Shown piece by piece: positions 20,082-28,663 of a stretch of DNA of 64,000 nt. The translations under genes and the position numbers were made by a program. Positions within the stretch are counted from its first letter, which is position 1. The number at the start of each line of letters is the position of its first letter. The notes under the pieces are model-generated. The model made no database searches, was not told where the DNA came from, and saw only the letters and a list, made by a program, of their open reading frames with translations. The DNA comes from an uncultured bacterium (GTDB lineage: Bacteria; Fidelibacterota; UBA2242). The stretch is taken from assembly GCA_964576275.1 (NCBI GenBank), contig CAZNUN010000004.1, positions 28,736 to 92,735 of the forward strand, in the 5' to 3' direction.

Positions 20082-21449
20082 ATGAATAACGAAGAATTAA
20101 GATTATTAATCCAACAGGGAGAATCGGAAACGATTGAGTTTAAGGAAAACTTCGGGAATGAAGCTATTGAATCTGCCGGAGCTTTCGCCAATACCCGCGG
20201 TGGACTAATTCTGATCGGAGTTAACAGACATGGTCATATAAATTGTGTTCAGGCGACTCAGGAAACGTTAAAAGATTGGGCTAATCAGGTTGGACAATGT
20301 AGTGAACCCACATTTACGCCATTATTTGAAATTGTTCCGACTGACAACGGTAATGTTGTCGCTATTCACATCAGTGAATATCCGCTCAAACCGGTTTCGA
20401 TTCGCGGCAGATTCTATCGACGGGTCAATGCCAGCAACCATCAGATGATACCAGATGAAATCGCACAGATGCACCTTTATTCAATCGGTTCCAGCTATGA
20501 TGCCATCTCAAGTCCGAACGCAACTCTCGATGATATATCAGAAGATAAAATCAGAGATTATTTGCAGAAGGCTAACGCTACCGGACGCCGGAATTATGAT
20601 ATCAGTCGACCACCTCTTCAAATACTTGAAAAAGTTGAATTGATCAAATCGGGCAAGCCGACTATTGCTGCAGTTCTATTATTTGCAAAAGAACCTCATA
20701 ATAAAATTCACCAGGCTATCGTACATTGCGGGCGATTTAAGGAACTCACTACTATTATCGATGACCGATTGATAGAAGGTACAATTATTGAGCAGATTGA
20801 CGAAGTTATGGCTTTCCTGCGGAAGAACACCAGCGTTCGTTTTGTATTTACCGGAAAACCCGAACGTGAAGAAGTCTGGGATTATCCATTGGAAGCTCTG
20901 CGGGAAGCCGTAACGAATGCCATCTGCCACCGCGACTATGGCAATACCAGCGATATTCAAATTAAAGTTCACGACGATTATCTGACAATTTGGAATCCGG
21001 GCGGACTATTACCGGGGATGTCAATCGAGGAATTGTATGATCCTAATCATTCTTCCAAACCCCGCAATCGGCTAATCGCCCAGGTTTTTAATGACATTAA
21101 ATTGATCGAAAAATACGGTTCCGGCATCCAGCGTATCTTAACCGAATGTGCAAAAGTCGGCATTCCGGCCCCATCGTTTGAAGAGAAGTTCGGTGGCTTT
21201 CTGGTAACCTTCCGAAAGGATATTTACACTGAAGACCATCTTAAAGCCATGGGATTGAACGAACGACAGATAAAGGCCGTAGTATTTACAAAAAAGAATG
21301 GTAAAATAACAAATAAACAATATCAGGAAATAACCGGCATCCAGAAACGACAAGCCACTGTTGACCTTCAGGATATGGAAAATAAAGGAATACTCACAAA
21401 GGTCGGAAAAACCGGTAGAGGAACCTTTTACACCCTAAAGGGGCATTAA
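20082..21449 (+). CDS. COG2865-type ATP-binding protein: Schlafen/AlbA_2 DNA-binding domain, HATPase_c_4-like domain and C-terminal wHTH
   Basis: AlbA_2 hallmark (ESETIEFKENFGNEAIESAGAFANTRGGLILIGV) at the N-terminus. C-terminal HTH (…ITNKQYQEITGIQKRQATVDLQDMENKGILTKVG). Confidence 0.7.
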   Translation: MNNEELRLLIQQGESETIEFKENFGNEAIESAGAFANTRGGLILIGVNRHGHINCVQATQETLKDWANQVGQCSEPTFTPLFEIVPTDNGNVVAIHISEYPLKPVSIRGRFYRRVNASNHQMIPDEIAQMHLYSIGSSYDAISSPNATLDDISEDKIRDYLQKANATGRRNYDISRPPLQILEKVELIKSGKPTIAAVLLFAKEPHNKIHQAIVHCGRFKELTTIIDDRLIEGTIIEQIDEVMAFLRKNTSVRFVFTGKPEREEVWDYPLEALREAVTNAICHRDYGNTSDIQIKVHDDYLTIWNPGGLLPGMSIEELYDPNHSSKPRNRLIAQVFNDIKLIEKYGSGIQRILTECAKVGIPAPSFEEKFGGFLVTFRKDIYTEDHLKAMGLNERQIKAVVFTKKNGKITNKQYQEITGIQKRQATVDLQDMENKGILTKVGKTGRGTFYTLKGH

Positions 21450-21488
21450 TGGGGCAAAAGGGGCATTAAAGGGGCGTTAATGGGGCAC
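21440..21488. repeat. tandem ~11-bp repeat (ggggcattaat-like, ~5 units) overlapping the 3' end of the COG2865 gene
   Basis: ggggcattaatggggcaaaaggggcattaaaggggcgttaatggggcacag. Confidence 0.7.
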
Positions 21489-21598
21489 AGACCTTCTGAA
21501 CAGATTGGACATCATTGTCCGAAAAACCCGAAATGCTTCTAATAAATGATACCAAATACACCAGTAAAACAAGACAATAAAATGGATATCACTCCTTT

Positions 21599-21705
21599 TG
21601 AAAGATGTGCTCGGCGTTTCGCGCAAATACGCCGTGCCGCTCCTGAATTATTTCGACCGGAAAGGCGTAACGGTGCGCAGCGGCGACCTGCGAAAATTAG
21701 GATAA
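21599..21705 (+). pseudogene. displaced native 3'-end fragment of selB (attR-like remnant)
   Basis: 107 bp aligns to selB 19185-19291 at ~85% identity, differing mostly at synonymous third positions. It encodes …[34 protein letters not shown] versus …[34 protein letters not shown]. It has high GC like the host. Confidence 0.85.
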
Positions 21706-21724
21706 AAGTTGTAAGGATTAACAA

Positions 21725-22918
21725 ATGAATATAAAAGTATTAATTAAAAAAGATCGTGAGAAGTCGCTCCTGCGTCATCATCCCTGGCTTTTTTCGGGGG
21801 CGATCGAGAAAGTCGTCGGTGAACCGCAAGCGGGCGAGACGGTCGAGTTGCGGGCGTATGACGGTTGTTTCCTGGGACATGGCGCCTGGTCGCCGCAATC
21901 CCAGATTATCGTGCGGGTCTGGAGTTTAGATGAGAACGAAGCCATTGATGCGGACTTCTTCCGGCGCCGATTGGAACTGGCTGTCAACGAGCGCCAGTCG
22001 CTTTTAATTCCGGGTATGACCGATGCCGTGCGCCTGGTTAATGCCGAATCGGACGGTCTGCCGGGCTTGATTGTCGACCGGTACGGCGATTTCCTGGTCG
22101 TTCAATTTTTATCGGCCGGAACGGAACACTGGCGCGATACAATTCTGGCAACCTTGGCTGACCTGAAACCGGTCGCCGGAATTTACGAACGCTCGGATGT
22201 GGATGTGCGCGAGAAGGAAGGTTTACCGCTGCGCCAGGGTTTGCTCTGGGGCAGCGAGCCGCCGGAATTCATCACGATTCTGGAAAATTCGCGGCGCTTC
22301 TTAGTCGATGTGCGCCGCGGGCACAAGACCGGCTTTTACCTTGATCAGCGCGACAACCGGCAAAAGATTACGGAATTCGCCGCCGGACGCGAAGTGCTGA
22401 ATTGTTTTGCTTATACCGGCGGATTCTCGGTTGCGGCGCTGGCGGCCGGGGCGACTAAAGTGACAAACGTGGAATCTTCCGCTGATGCATTGGAATTGCT
22501 GAATCGCAATGTTGAGCTGAATGATTGCGAACCGACCAAAGTCGAGAACCTGGCCGATGACGTGTTCCTGGCGTTGCGCAAATTTCGCGACCAGGGACGC
22601 TCTTTCGACCTGATCGTGCTCGACCCGCCCAAGTTTGCCGAATCGAAGAGCCAACTCGAACGCGCCAGTCGCGGCTACAAGGACATCAACCTGCTGGCCT
22701 TCAAACTCCTGCGCCCGGGCGGAGTGCTGTTCACCTTTTCCTGTTCGGGGCAGATGACGCCGGAACTTTTCCAGAAGATCGTGGCCGATGCCGCTCTGGA
22801 TGCCGGAAAAACCGCCCAGATTATCGCGCGGCTTGAGCAGTCCGCCGATCATCCGACGGCGCTAAATTTCCCGGAAGGCCATTACCTCAAGGGACTGGTC
22901 TGTAGAACTGTTAAATAG
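21725..22918 (+). CDS. rlmI: 23S rRNA (cytosine1962-C5)-methyltransferase RlmI-like (PUA + class I SAM MTase)
   Basis: N-terminal HHPWLFSGAI (YccW/RlmI). SAM motif (VLNCFAYTGGFSVAA) and DPPKFA motif. Confidence 0.85.
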   Translation: MNIKVLIKKDREKSLLRHHPWLFSGAIEKVVGEPQAGETVELRAYDGCFLGHGAWSPQSQIIVRVWSLDENEAIDADFFRRRLELAVNERQSLLIPGMTDAVRLVNAESDGLPGLIVDRYGDFLVVQFLSAGTEHWRDTILATLADLKPVAGIYERSDVDVREKEGLPLRQGLLWGSEPPEFITILENSRRFLVDVRRGHKTGFYLDQRDNRQKITEFAAGREVLNCFAYTGGFSVAALAAGATKVTNVESSADALELLNRNVELNDCEPTKVENLADDVFLALRKFRDQGRSFDLIVLDPPKFAESKSQLERASRGYKDINLLAFKLLRPGGVLFTFSCSGQMTPELFQKIVADAALDAGKTAQIIARLEQSADHPTALNFPEGHYLKGLVCRTVK

Positions 22919-23016
22919 TTTCGGATTGCCTGCCCGACTGTTGACGCAGTCATACAGGCGGGCGAGTTACGAGTTAAGGCGAGTCATCACACCTGACGTT
23001 TTACGCCTTACGTGCA

Positions 23017-23343
23017 TTACCCGCGAATCATCGTCAGCAACATTTTGAACTGGCGAACGGCTTGCACGGCATGCGGCTGATTGGCGGGCATGATGATCAT
23101 TTCGCCGGCTTTAACGCTGAACAGTTGACCGGCGATCGTGATCCCGGCTTCACCATCCAAAACATTGACTAAGGCGTCGAACGGCGCGGTATGTTCGCTC
23201 AGGCGCTGACCTTCATCGAAGGCGAAAAAAGTCACATTACCGACCGGTTTGTCGATTAAAGTGCGGCTGACGATCGCACCGGCCTGGTAATCGGCCAGGT
23301 CGAGAAGATTACGGGGATTTGGGCTGGTTTGGTCGGTTGTCAT
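23017..23343 (-). CDS. cupin domain protein
   Basis: 108 aa; cupin motif region G(X)5HXH-like (…SEHTAPFDALVNVLDGEAGITIAGQLFSVKAGEMIIMPANQPHAV). Confidence 0.65.
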   Translation of the reverse strand: MTTDQTSPNPRNLLDLADYQAGAIVSRTLIDKPVGNVTFFAFDEGQRLSEHTAPFDALVNVLDGEAGITIAGQLFSVKAGEMIIMPANQPHAVQAVRQFKMLLTMIRG

Positions 23344-23607
23344 AATTAACTCTCTCTGTTTATTCAGATTCTACGTCATAAATTAAAATTAGTCAACTGT
23401 AAATTGCGCCGACTGGCCCAGGGCTGTCCGGTCTCCCAACTGCAAACTGAAAAACAGTAAACTGTAAGCTTAGCTGTGTCCCTCTTTCTCCCGGCGGGCT
23501 TTCATCCGGGCGGCGATTTCGGGATAATATTTATCCAGGCAGTCAGGGCAGATGCCATGGGAAAAATCGGCGTCGGAATGAGATTGAATATAGCTTTCAA
23601 CGTCATT

Positions 23608-24786
23608 TCAGTAGCCTTTATCGTCGCGGATTTTTTTACAATGGGCGCAGATCGGCAGGAGGCCGCTGAGCGTCTTGACCTGGTTGAGGGCTTCCCGAAG
23701 CTCGCGGATTAGTTTTTCGCGTTCCGCTTCGGCTTTTTTCTTCTCCGTGATGTCGCGAAGAACGATACTTTTGCCAATGGTCTGGGATAATTGATCGCGT
23801 AGTACCGAGAGGCGCAGTTCGAATTGCCGATCCGGTTGAACCTCACCCAGATCAATTTCGACCTGGGCATAATCTTGTGATTTTAGAAAATCGTCCAGAT
23901 TTTTTACCAGCGGAAAGAATCGGGTGATATTCTGCCCGATCATCTGTTTCGGGGTAAGCTGGAAAGTAGCCGCCGAAGCCGGGTTGATATCAACGATCAG
24001 GTCGTCGGTATCTAAGACAATCAGACTGTCAACCATATTTTCAACTAAGAAAGTGTGGGCGATCGGAGCCAGTTTGAGCAGTTTCAGGCGCAGGATACCC
24101 CAGGTAAGTACGATTCCCGATAGAACAAATCCCACCGGCGCCCAGTCTAATCCCGGAATCGGATTCGGGCCGAAAACATAGATCAGATTGCCGGAAATCG
24201 GGATAAGGGCTCCGATGATTATAGACAGGTTATGCGGGGCGTAAAACGAACCGGATTTGAAGGCCGACTTAAGCAGGAAAAACAGCGCCGGCAGAATTAG
24301 GGTGTATTGATAAGTGTAGTAGAACCACCAGACGATGCCATGTCCGTAAACCGCAATGTTCGTTCCGGGAGTGATTGTGACTGTCGGCCAGAGCCAGTAA
24401 TGCCACGGATTGGTAAAGGCCAGCAAGGTCATGCTGATCGGTACAAACAGGAGCGGCCAGATGATTTTACGTGGGAAGGATTTCTGCCCGCGATTGTAAT
24501 CGATGGAGAACAGGAAAAATGCCGGTGGAACCAAACCGGTTCCGATGTAGGCAACCGCCGACCAGAATTGTTTGAGCGGAATTGTGGTAGCGGCGACTTC
24601 GAACATCAATCCGAAAGCCCATTCGGCGGCGGCCAGTTCCAGAATAATCATCCAGAAAGCGGCCTTGAATTTGCGATGCGGCCACAGCACAATCGCAATG
24701 ATGATGCCGATCAGCATCGTGGCGATTAAAATGTAACTATAGAAACCGAAAATATAAGTCTGCATGTCTCTTATAAAATACGTCAT
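23608..24786 (-). CDS. 7TM (HisKA_7TM-like) – PAS – coiled-coil sensor protein lacking a kinase domain; the Cys-rich C-terminal domain is interrupted by an in-frame TGA, and the open frame continues to 23470
   Basis: Seven N-terminal TM helices and a PAS-like segment (VDINPASAATFQLTPKQMIGQNI). The protein ends …ICAHCKKIRDDKGY-TGA. In the same frame it continues NDVESYIQSHSDADFSHGICPDCLDKYYPEIAARMKARREKEGHS*. Confidence 0.6.
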   Translation of the reverse strand: MTYFIRDMQTYIFGFYSYILIATMLIGIIIAIVLWPHRKFKAAFWMIILELAAAEWAFGLMFEVAATTIPLKQFWSAVAYIGTGLVPPAFFLFSIDYNRGQKSFPRKIIWPLLFVPISMTLLAFTNPWHYWLWPTVTITPGTNIAVYGHGIVWWFYYTYQYTLILPALFFLLKSAFKSGSFYAPHNLSIIIGALIPISGNLIYVFGPNPIPGLDWAPVGFVLSGIVLTWGILRLKLLKLAPIAHTFLVENMVDSLIVLDTDDLIVDINPASAATFQLTPKQMIGQNITRFFPLVKNLDDFLKSQDYAQVEIDLGEVQPDRQFELRLSVLRDQLSQTIGKSIVLRDITEKKKAEAEREKLIRELREALNQVKTLSGLLPICAHCKKIRDDKGY

Positions 24787-25046
24787 TAACCTAAAAAAGA
24801 AATTTCATTTAACAAAGAAATTATCGGACTGATCCGTCTTTTCCACTATCACGTAAATTTAGGACTGGCAACTCGCAACTCGTAACCCGCAACCCGCAAC
24901 TTCAACGGAACATGTTTCCCGGGCGGGACAATATTTTCCGTGGCAAATCTTACCCGCGAGATTTTTCCCGACAGAAAAATGCTGGCATAACCTTTGTCAT
25001 GATGAAAAAGGTGATTCTTTGAAAAAATAATAAGAAAGGAGCCCCT

Positions 25047-26237
25047 TTGAAAAAGCTATCCCTATCAAAGTTTGCAACCCGTGGGTTAATAGCGGGGTTG
25101 ATACTGGTATTACTAACCGGAAATGCCTTCAGCGCCATTACGCTGTCGACCGATCCGATCAAAGTTCAACTATACGGTTTTGTCAAATTGGATGCGTTTT
25201 ACGATAATACCGAGGTTTACCAGGGCGACTGGATGTTGTTCGCCCGTCCGGAAGGCACGATCCAATCCGAAACCAATGTATTTTCAATGAATGCCCGCGC
25301 CAGCCGCATGGGGCTGAAGTTCACCGGCCCGGCCCTGACGCCGAAAATCGGTCTCAATGCTTTGCTGGAAATGGATTTCAGCGGCGGTTTCCCGAATTCA
25401 TCCTCGGCCGCCCGCCAGCCGCAACTGCGTCTGCGGCATGCCTGGGTGGAATTAAACCACGCGGTCTGGGAATTGCGTCTCGGTCAGGATTGGGGCTTGA
25501 TTACCGGGCCTTTCCCAAATACGACTGACGCGGTGGTCGGCGCCGCCAAAGGTAACCTCTGGATGGCGTACAGCCAGGCTAAACTAACCCTGAAGCATGA
25601 TCCTTTAAAACTCGCCGTTAGCGTCAATCGTCCGATGTCCGGTAATGTCAAGTACGACAGTTTTACAGGCGGTGACCTCGATATTGTCGACGATGGCGAA
25701 CGCAGCGGCCAGCCGTGGCTGATGGGGCGCGTCTGGTACAGCTCTAAAATGTTAACGGCGTCGGTTTCCGGCCATTACGGCCAGGAAAGCATCGCCGATT
25801 TATCAGCGAAAACGCACGAGGTCACGACGTATTCGGCCAACGCGGATGTAATTCTGAATCTTGGCAAATTATCGCTGACCGGCCGGGTCTTCAGCGGCGA
25901 AAACCTGAATACCTTTTTCGGCGGTATAGTTCAGGGTTATGTGACCGACTCAACTTCCGTGACAAATATCGCGGCGCAGGGCGGCTGGGCGCAGGCAGTC
26001 TTCCAGGTAGATCCGAAATGGGCGCTGACCGCCGGCGCCGGATTGGACGACCCGGACGACACTCACCTGGCCTCGGGTGCCCGCTCGCGCAATTTCTGGA
26101 AGTACGGCTGTCTGACCTGGAAACCGGCCGGCGAACTGGCGTTTATGTTCGAGGTCAACCACCTGACGACCGATTACATCGCCAAGGACAGCGGCTCGAA
26201 CCTGCGCGTGCAATTCACGACGACCTATACGTTTTAA
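25047..26237 (+). CDS. outer-membrane porin-like beta-barrel protein
   Basis: Signal peptide (…LTGNAFSA). Alternating amphipathic strands and a terminal aromatic (…QFTTTYTF). Confidence 0.45.
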   Translation: MKKLSLSKFATRGLIAGLILVLLTGNAFSAITLSTDPIKVQLYGFVKLDAFYDNTEVYQGDWMLFARPEGTIQSETNVFSMNARASRMGLKFTGPALTPKIGLNALLEMDFSGGFPNSSSAARQPQLRLRHAWVELNHAVWELRLGQDWGLITGPFPNTTDAVVGAAKGNLWMAYSQAKLTLKHDPLKLAVSVNRPMSGNVKYDSFTGGDLDIVDDGERSGQPWLMGRVWYSSKMLTASVSGHYGQESIADLSAKTHEVTTYSANADVILNLGKLSLTGRVFSGENLNTFFGGIVQGYVTDSTSVTNIAAQGGWAQAVFQVDPKWALTAGAGLDDPDDTHLASGARSRNFWKYGCLTWKPAGELAFMFEVNHLTTDYIAKDSGSNLRVQFTTTYTF

Positions 26238-26359
26238 CGTTTCTCGTAAAACGTAAGATGTAAATCGTGATGAGATTATTCTGACTTCCTGTCGGTTCAA
26301 AAAACATTTGCATAATCTTGCTACTGTGCTTAAAATTCGCGCTGTAATTGAGAATTGAA

Positions 26360-26425
26360 ATGAAAATTAGTCTGCATCATATCCATCATGTTCATCATTC
26401 CAAAACAGGAACCGGGATGAAGTAG
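26360..26425 (+). CDS. hisL: his operon leader peptide (MKISLHHIHHVHHSKTGTGMK)
   Basis: 21 codons with 6 His codons within 8 positions (26375-26398), immediately upstream of the terminator hairpin and hisG. Confidence 0.7.
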   Translation: MKISLHHIHHVHHSKTGTGMK

Positions 26426-26450
26426 ACGATTTATTTAAGATGTAAATCAA

Positions 26451-26486
26451 CCCGGTTCAGGTAAAACGAACCGGGTTTTTTATTTT
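26451..26486 (+). terminator. intrinsic terminator / attenuator of the his operon
   Basis: Stem cccggttc (26451-58) pairs with gaaccggg (26468-75) around a 9-nt loop, followed by TTTTTTATTTT. An identical gaaccggg 8-mer inside the leader (26409-16) can pair with the 5' arm as an antiterminator. Confidence 0.7.
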
Positions 26487-26498
26487 ACAGGAGCACAA

Positions 26499-27353
26499 AT
26501 GATTACGTTAGCAATTCAAAAATCGGGGCGGCTGAGCGAATATACAACTAAACTTTTAAACGAATGCGGCCTGCTGGTCGGGAATGGCGGCGAACGCCGC
26601 CTGAAGGCCGAATCCACAAATTTTCCGATGAGAATTCTTTTTCTGCGCGATGACGATATTCCGGAATGTGTCGCCGATGGCATCGCGGACCTCGGGATTG
26701 TCGGCGAGAATGTCTATTACGAGAAAGCCCGTCCGCTGAAAATCGTCGAGCGGCTTGGTTTTGCCAAATGCCGCCTGGCGATCGCCGTGTCGAAAGATTT
26801 CGTTTGCGAAAATTTATCCGATCTGAACGGTCTGAGCATTGCGACTTCCTATCCGCATATCCTACAGCGCTTCTTAGATGAAAACCAGTTGACGGCCGAA
26901 ATTCACGAAATCAGCGGTTCGGTAGAGATTGCCCCGGGAATCGGTCTGGCGCAGGCGATTTTTGATATTGTCAGCACCGGCAGCACACTGTTAGCCAACG
27001 GTCTGAAAGAGGTTGTGACGGTTTTGAAAAGCGAAGCCGTGCTGGTGGCTGGAGAAAGCCTGAGTGCCGCAAAATCCGCCTTGCTGGAGCAATTATTGTT
27101 GCGCATCCGGGCGGTGCAGGCCGCCAAAAACCGTAAATACATTCTGTTGAATGCCCCCAACTCCGCCATCGATAAGATCAGCGCCATTTTGCCGGGCATG
27201 AAAAGTCCGACCGTCATGCCGCTGGCCGAACCAGGCTGGAGTTCTTTGCATTCCGTGATCGAAGAGGATCAGTTCTGGGAGCGGATTTCCGCCCTGAAAA
27301 CCGCCGGCGCGCAGGGCATTTTGGTCATCCCGATTGAAAAAATGATCCTATAG
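26499..27353 (+). CDS. hisG: ATP phosphoribosyltransferase (long form with C-terminal regulatory domain)
   Basis: MITLAIQKSGRLSE… is a typical HisG start; 284 aa. Confidence 0.95.
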   Translation: MITLAIQKSGRLSEYTTKLLNECGLLVGNGGERRLKAESTNFPMRILFLRDDDIPECVADGIADLGIVGENVYYEKARPLKIVERLGFAKCRLAIAVSKDFVCENLSDLNGLSIATSYPHILQRFLDENQLTAEIHEISGSVEIAPGIGLAQAIFDIVSTGSTLLANGLKEVVTVLKSEAVLVAGESLSAAKSALLEQLLLRIRAVQAAKNRKYILLNAPNSAIDKISAILPGMKSPTVMPLAEPGWSSLHSVIEEDQFWERISALKTAGAQGILVIPIEKMIL

Positions 27354-27361
27354 GTGATAGT

Positions 27362-28663
27362 ATGCAGATCGTTAAATATCCTCCGCGTAATCAATGGCCT
27401 GAACTCGTCAAGCGGCCGGCAATCGAAAGCAAATTTCTGCAGAACGCCGTGCGCGAAATCCTGGACGCGGTCAAGGCCGACGGCGATGCCGCGTTGAGGC
27501 AATTTTCCCGTAAATATGACGGCGTGCGTTTGGTCGAAATAGAAGTGCAACGCGCGGAATTTGAAACCATCCTGACACAAGTGGACGACGATCTCCGATT
27601 GGCGATTGAGACCGCTCGTGAAAATATCACCAAGTTTCATGCGGCACAGGTCGAGAATGATCGAAAGATCGAAACCAGTCCGGGTGTGGTTTGCTGGCGG
27701 AAAAGCGTCCCAATCGAACGTGTCGGCTTGTATATTCCCGGCGGGTCTGCTCCGCTGTTTTCAACGGTTCTGATGTTGGCGATTCCGGCGCGTCTCGCCG
27801 GTTGCCGTGAAATCGTCTTATGCACGCCGCCAAACCGCGACGGATACATTCATCCGGTAATTCTTTATACCGCCCAAATGCTGGGCATCGAACGCATTTT
27901 TAAAATCGGCGGCGCTCAGGCTATCGCGGCGATGGCATACGGGACGCAAAGCGTTCCGCAGGTCGATAAAATTTTTGGTCCCGGCAATCAATATGTCACG
28001 CTCGCTAAGCAGATCGTCAGCACCCAGGGTGTGGCGATTGATATGCCCGCCGGACCTTCGGAGGTAGCCGTTGTGACTGATGGCTTTGCCAATCCGGATT
28101 TCGTGGCGGCCGATCTGCTGTCACAGGCCGAACACGGCGCCGACAGCCAGGTGGTTTGTCTGACGGATGACGCCGAATTGGTTACGAAAATCAGGCAGGC
28201 GGTCACAGAGCAGCTGGAATTGTTGCCGCGTCGTGCCATTGCTGAAAAATCACTGGCCTTCAGCCGCGTGATTTTGCTTAAAGATTTGGATGAAGCCATG
28301 GATTTTGCAAATAAATATGCTCCCGAACATCTGATCCTGCAAACCCAGAACGCCGCGCAACTGGCGGAAAAAGTCGTCAACGCCGGTTCGGTTTTTATCG
28401 GAGCTTATTCACCGGAATCGGCCGGCGATTATGCTTCCGGAGCCAATCATACTTTGCCGACCAATGGCTACGCCCGCAGTTACAGCGGGGTTTCGGTTGA
28501 CAGTTTCGTTAGGAAAATCACCTTTCAGTCGATTTCTGCCGACGGTCTGCGCGGCCTCGGCCCGACCATCGAACGCATGGCAGCCGAAGAAAAATTACAG
28601 GCGCATCGCAATGCCGTGCGGGTGCGCTTGAATGCCATTGCGAAAGGAGCCGAACGTGGTTGA
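27362..28663 (+). CDS. hisD: histidinol dehydrogenase
   Basis: 433 aa; HisD-typical regions (…IPGGSAPLFSTVLM…, …SQAEHGADSQ…). Confidence 0.95.
   Translation: MQIVKYPPRNQWPELVKRPAIESKFLQNAVREILDAVKADGDAALRQFSRKYDGVRLVEIEVQRAEFETILTQVDDDLRLAIETARENITKFHAAQVENDRKIETSPGVVCWRKSVPIERVGLYIPGGSAPLFSTVLMLAIPARLAGCREIVLCTPPNRDGYIHPVILYTAQMLGIERIFKIGGAQAIAAMAYGTQSVPQVDKIFGPGNQYVTLAKQIVSTQGVAIDMPAGPSEVAVVTDGFANPDFVAADLLSQAEHGADSQVVCLTDDAELVTKIRQAVTEQLELLPRRAIAEKSLAFSRVILLKDLDEAMDFANKYAPEHLILQTQNAAQLAEKVVNAGSVFIGAYSPESAGDYASGANHTLPTNGYARSYSGVSVDSFVRKITFQSISADGLRGLGPTIERMAAEEKLQAHRNAVRVRLNAIAKGAERG

Larger units (their letters stand above)
19292..21598 (+). mobile_element. AT-rich genomic islet inserted in the 3' end of selB, bounded by a divergent direct duplication of the selB 3' end
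   Basis: The left boundary is the stop of the reconstituted selB. The right boundary is the displaced selB 3' remnant at 21599-21705. GC content is markedly lower than in the flanks. Cargo is DUF3883 plus a COG2865 gene. No integrase gene is present. Confidence 0.6.

Noticed and set aside
21539-21728. Two 60-aa ORFs (both strands) between the COG2865 gene and rlmI
   Set aside because: They lie on the displaced selB 3' remnant; their reading frames do not match the selB frame and are by-products of the duplication.
23608-23610. In-frame TGA in the sensor gene as a selenocysteine codon (selA/selB are present)
   Set aside because: The expected residue in this motif is most plausibly Trp (TGG); there is no Cys-containing homologue logic; only a weak 6-bp AU hairpin lies downstream rather than a SECIS-like element. 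Nonsense mutation or sequencing error is favoured.
23476-23712. 78-aa plus-strand ORF
   Set aside because: It is antisense to the sensor gene's conserved, TGA-interrupted C-terminal extension; the minus-strand reading has clear CxxC domain logic.
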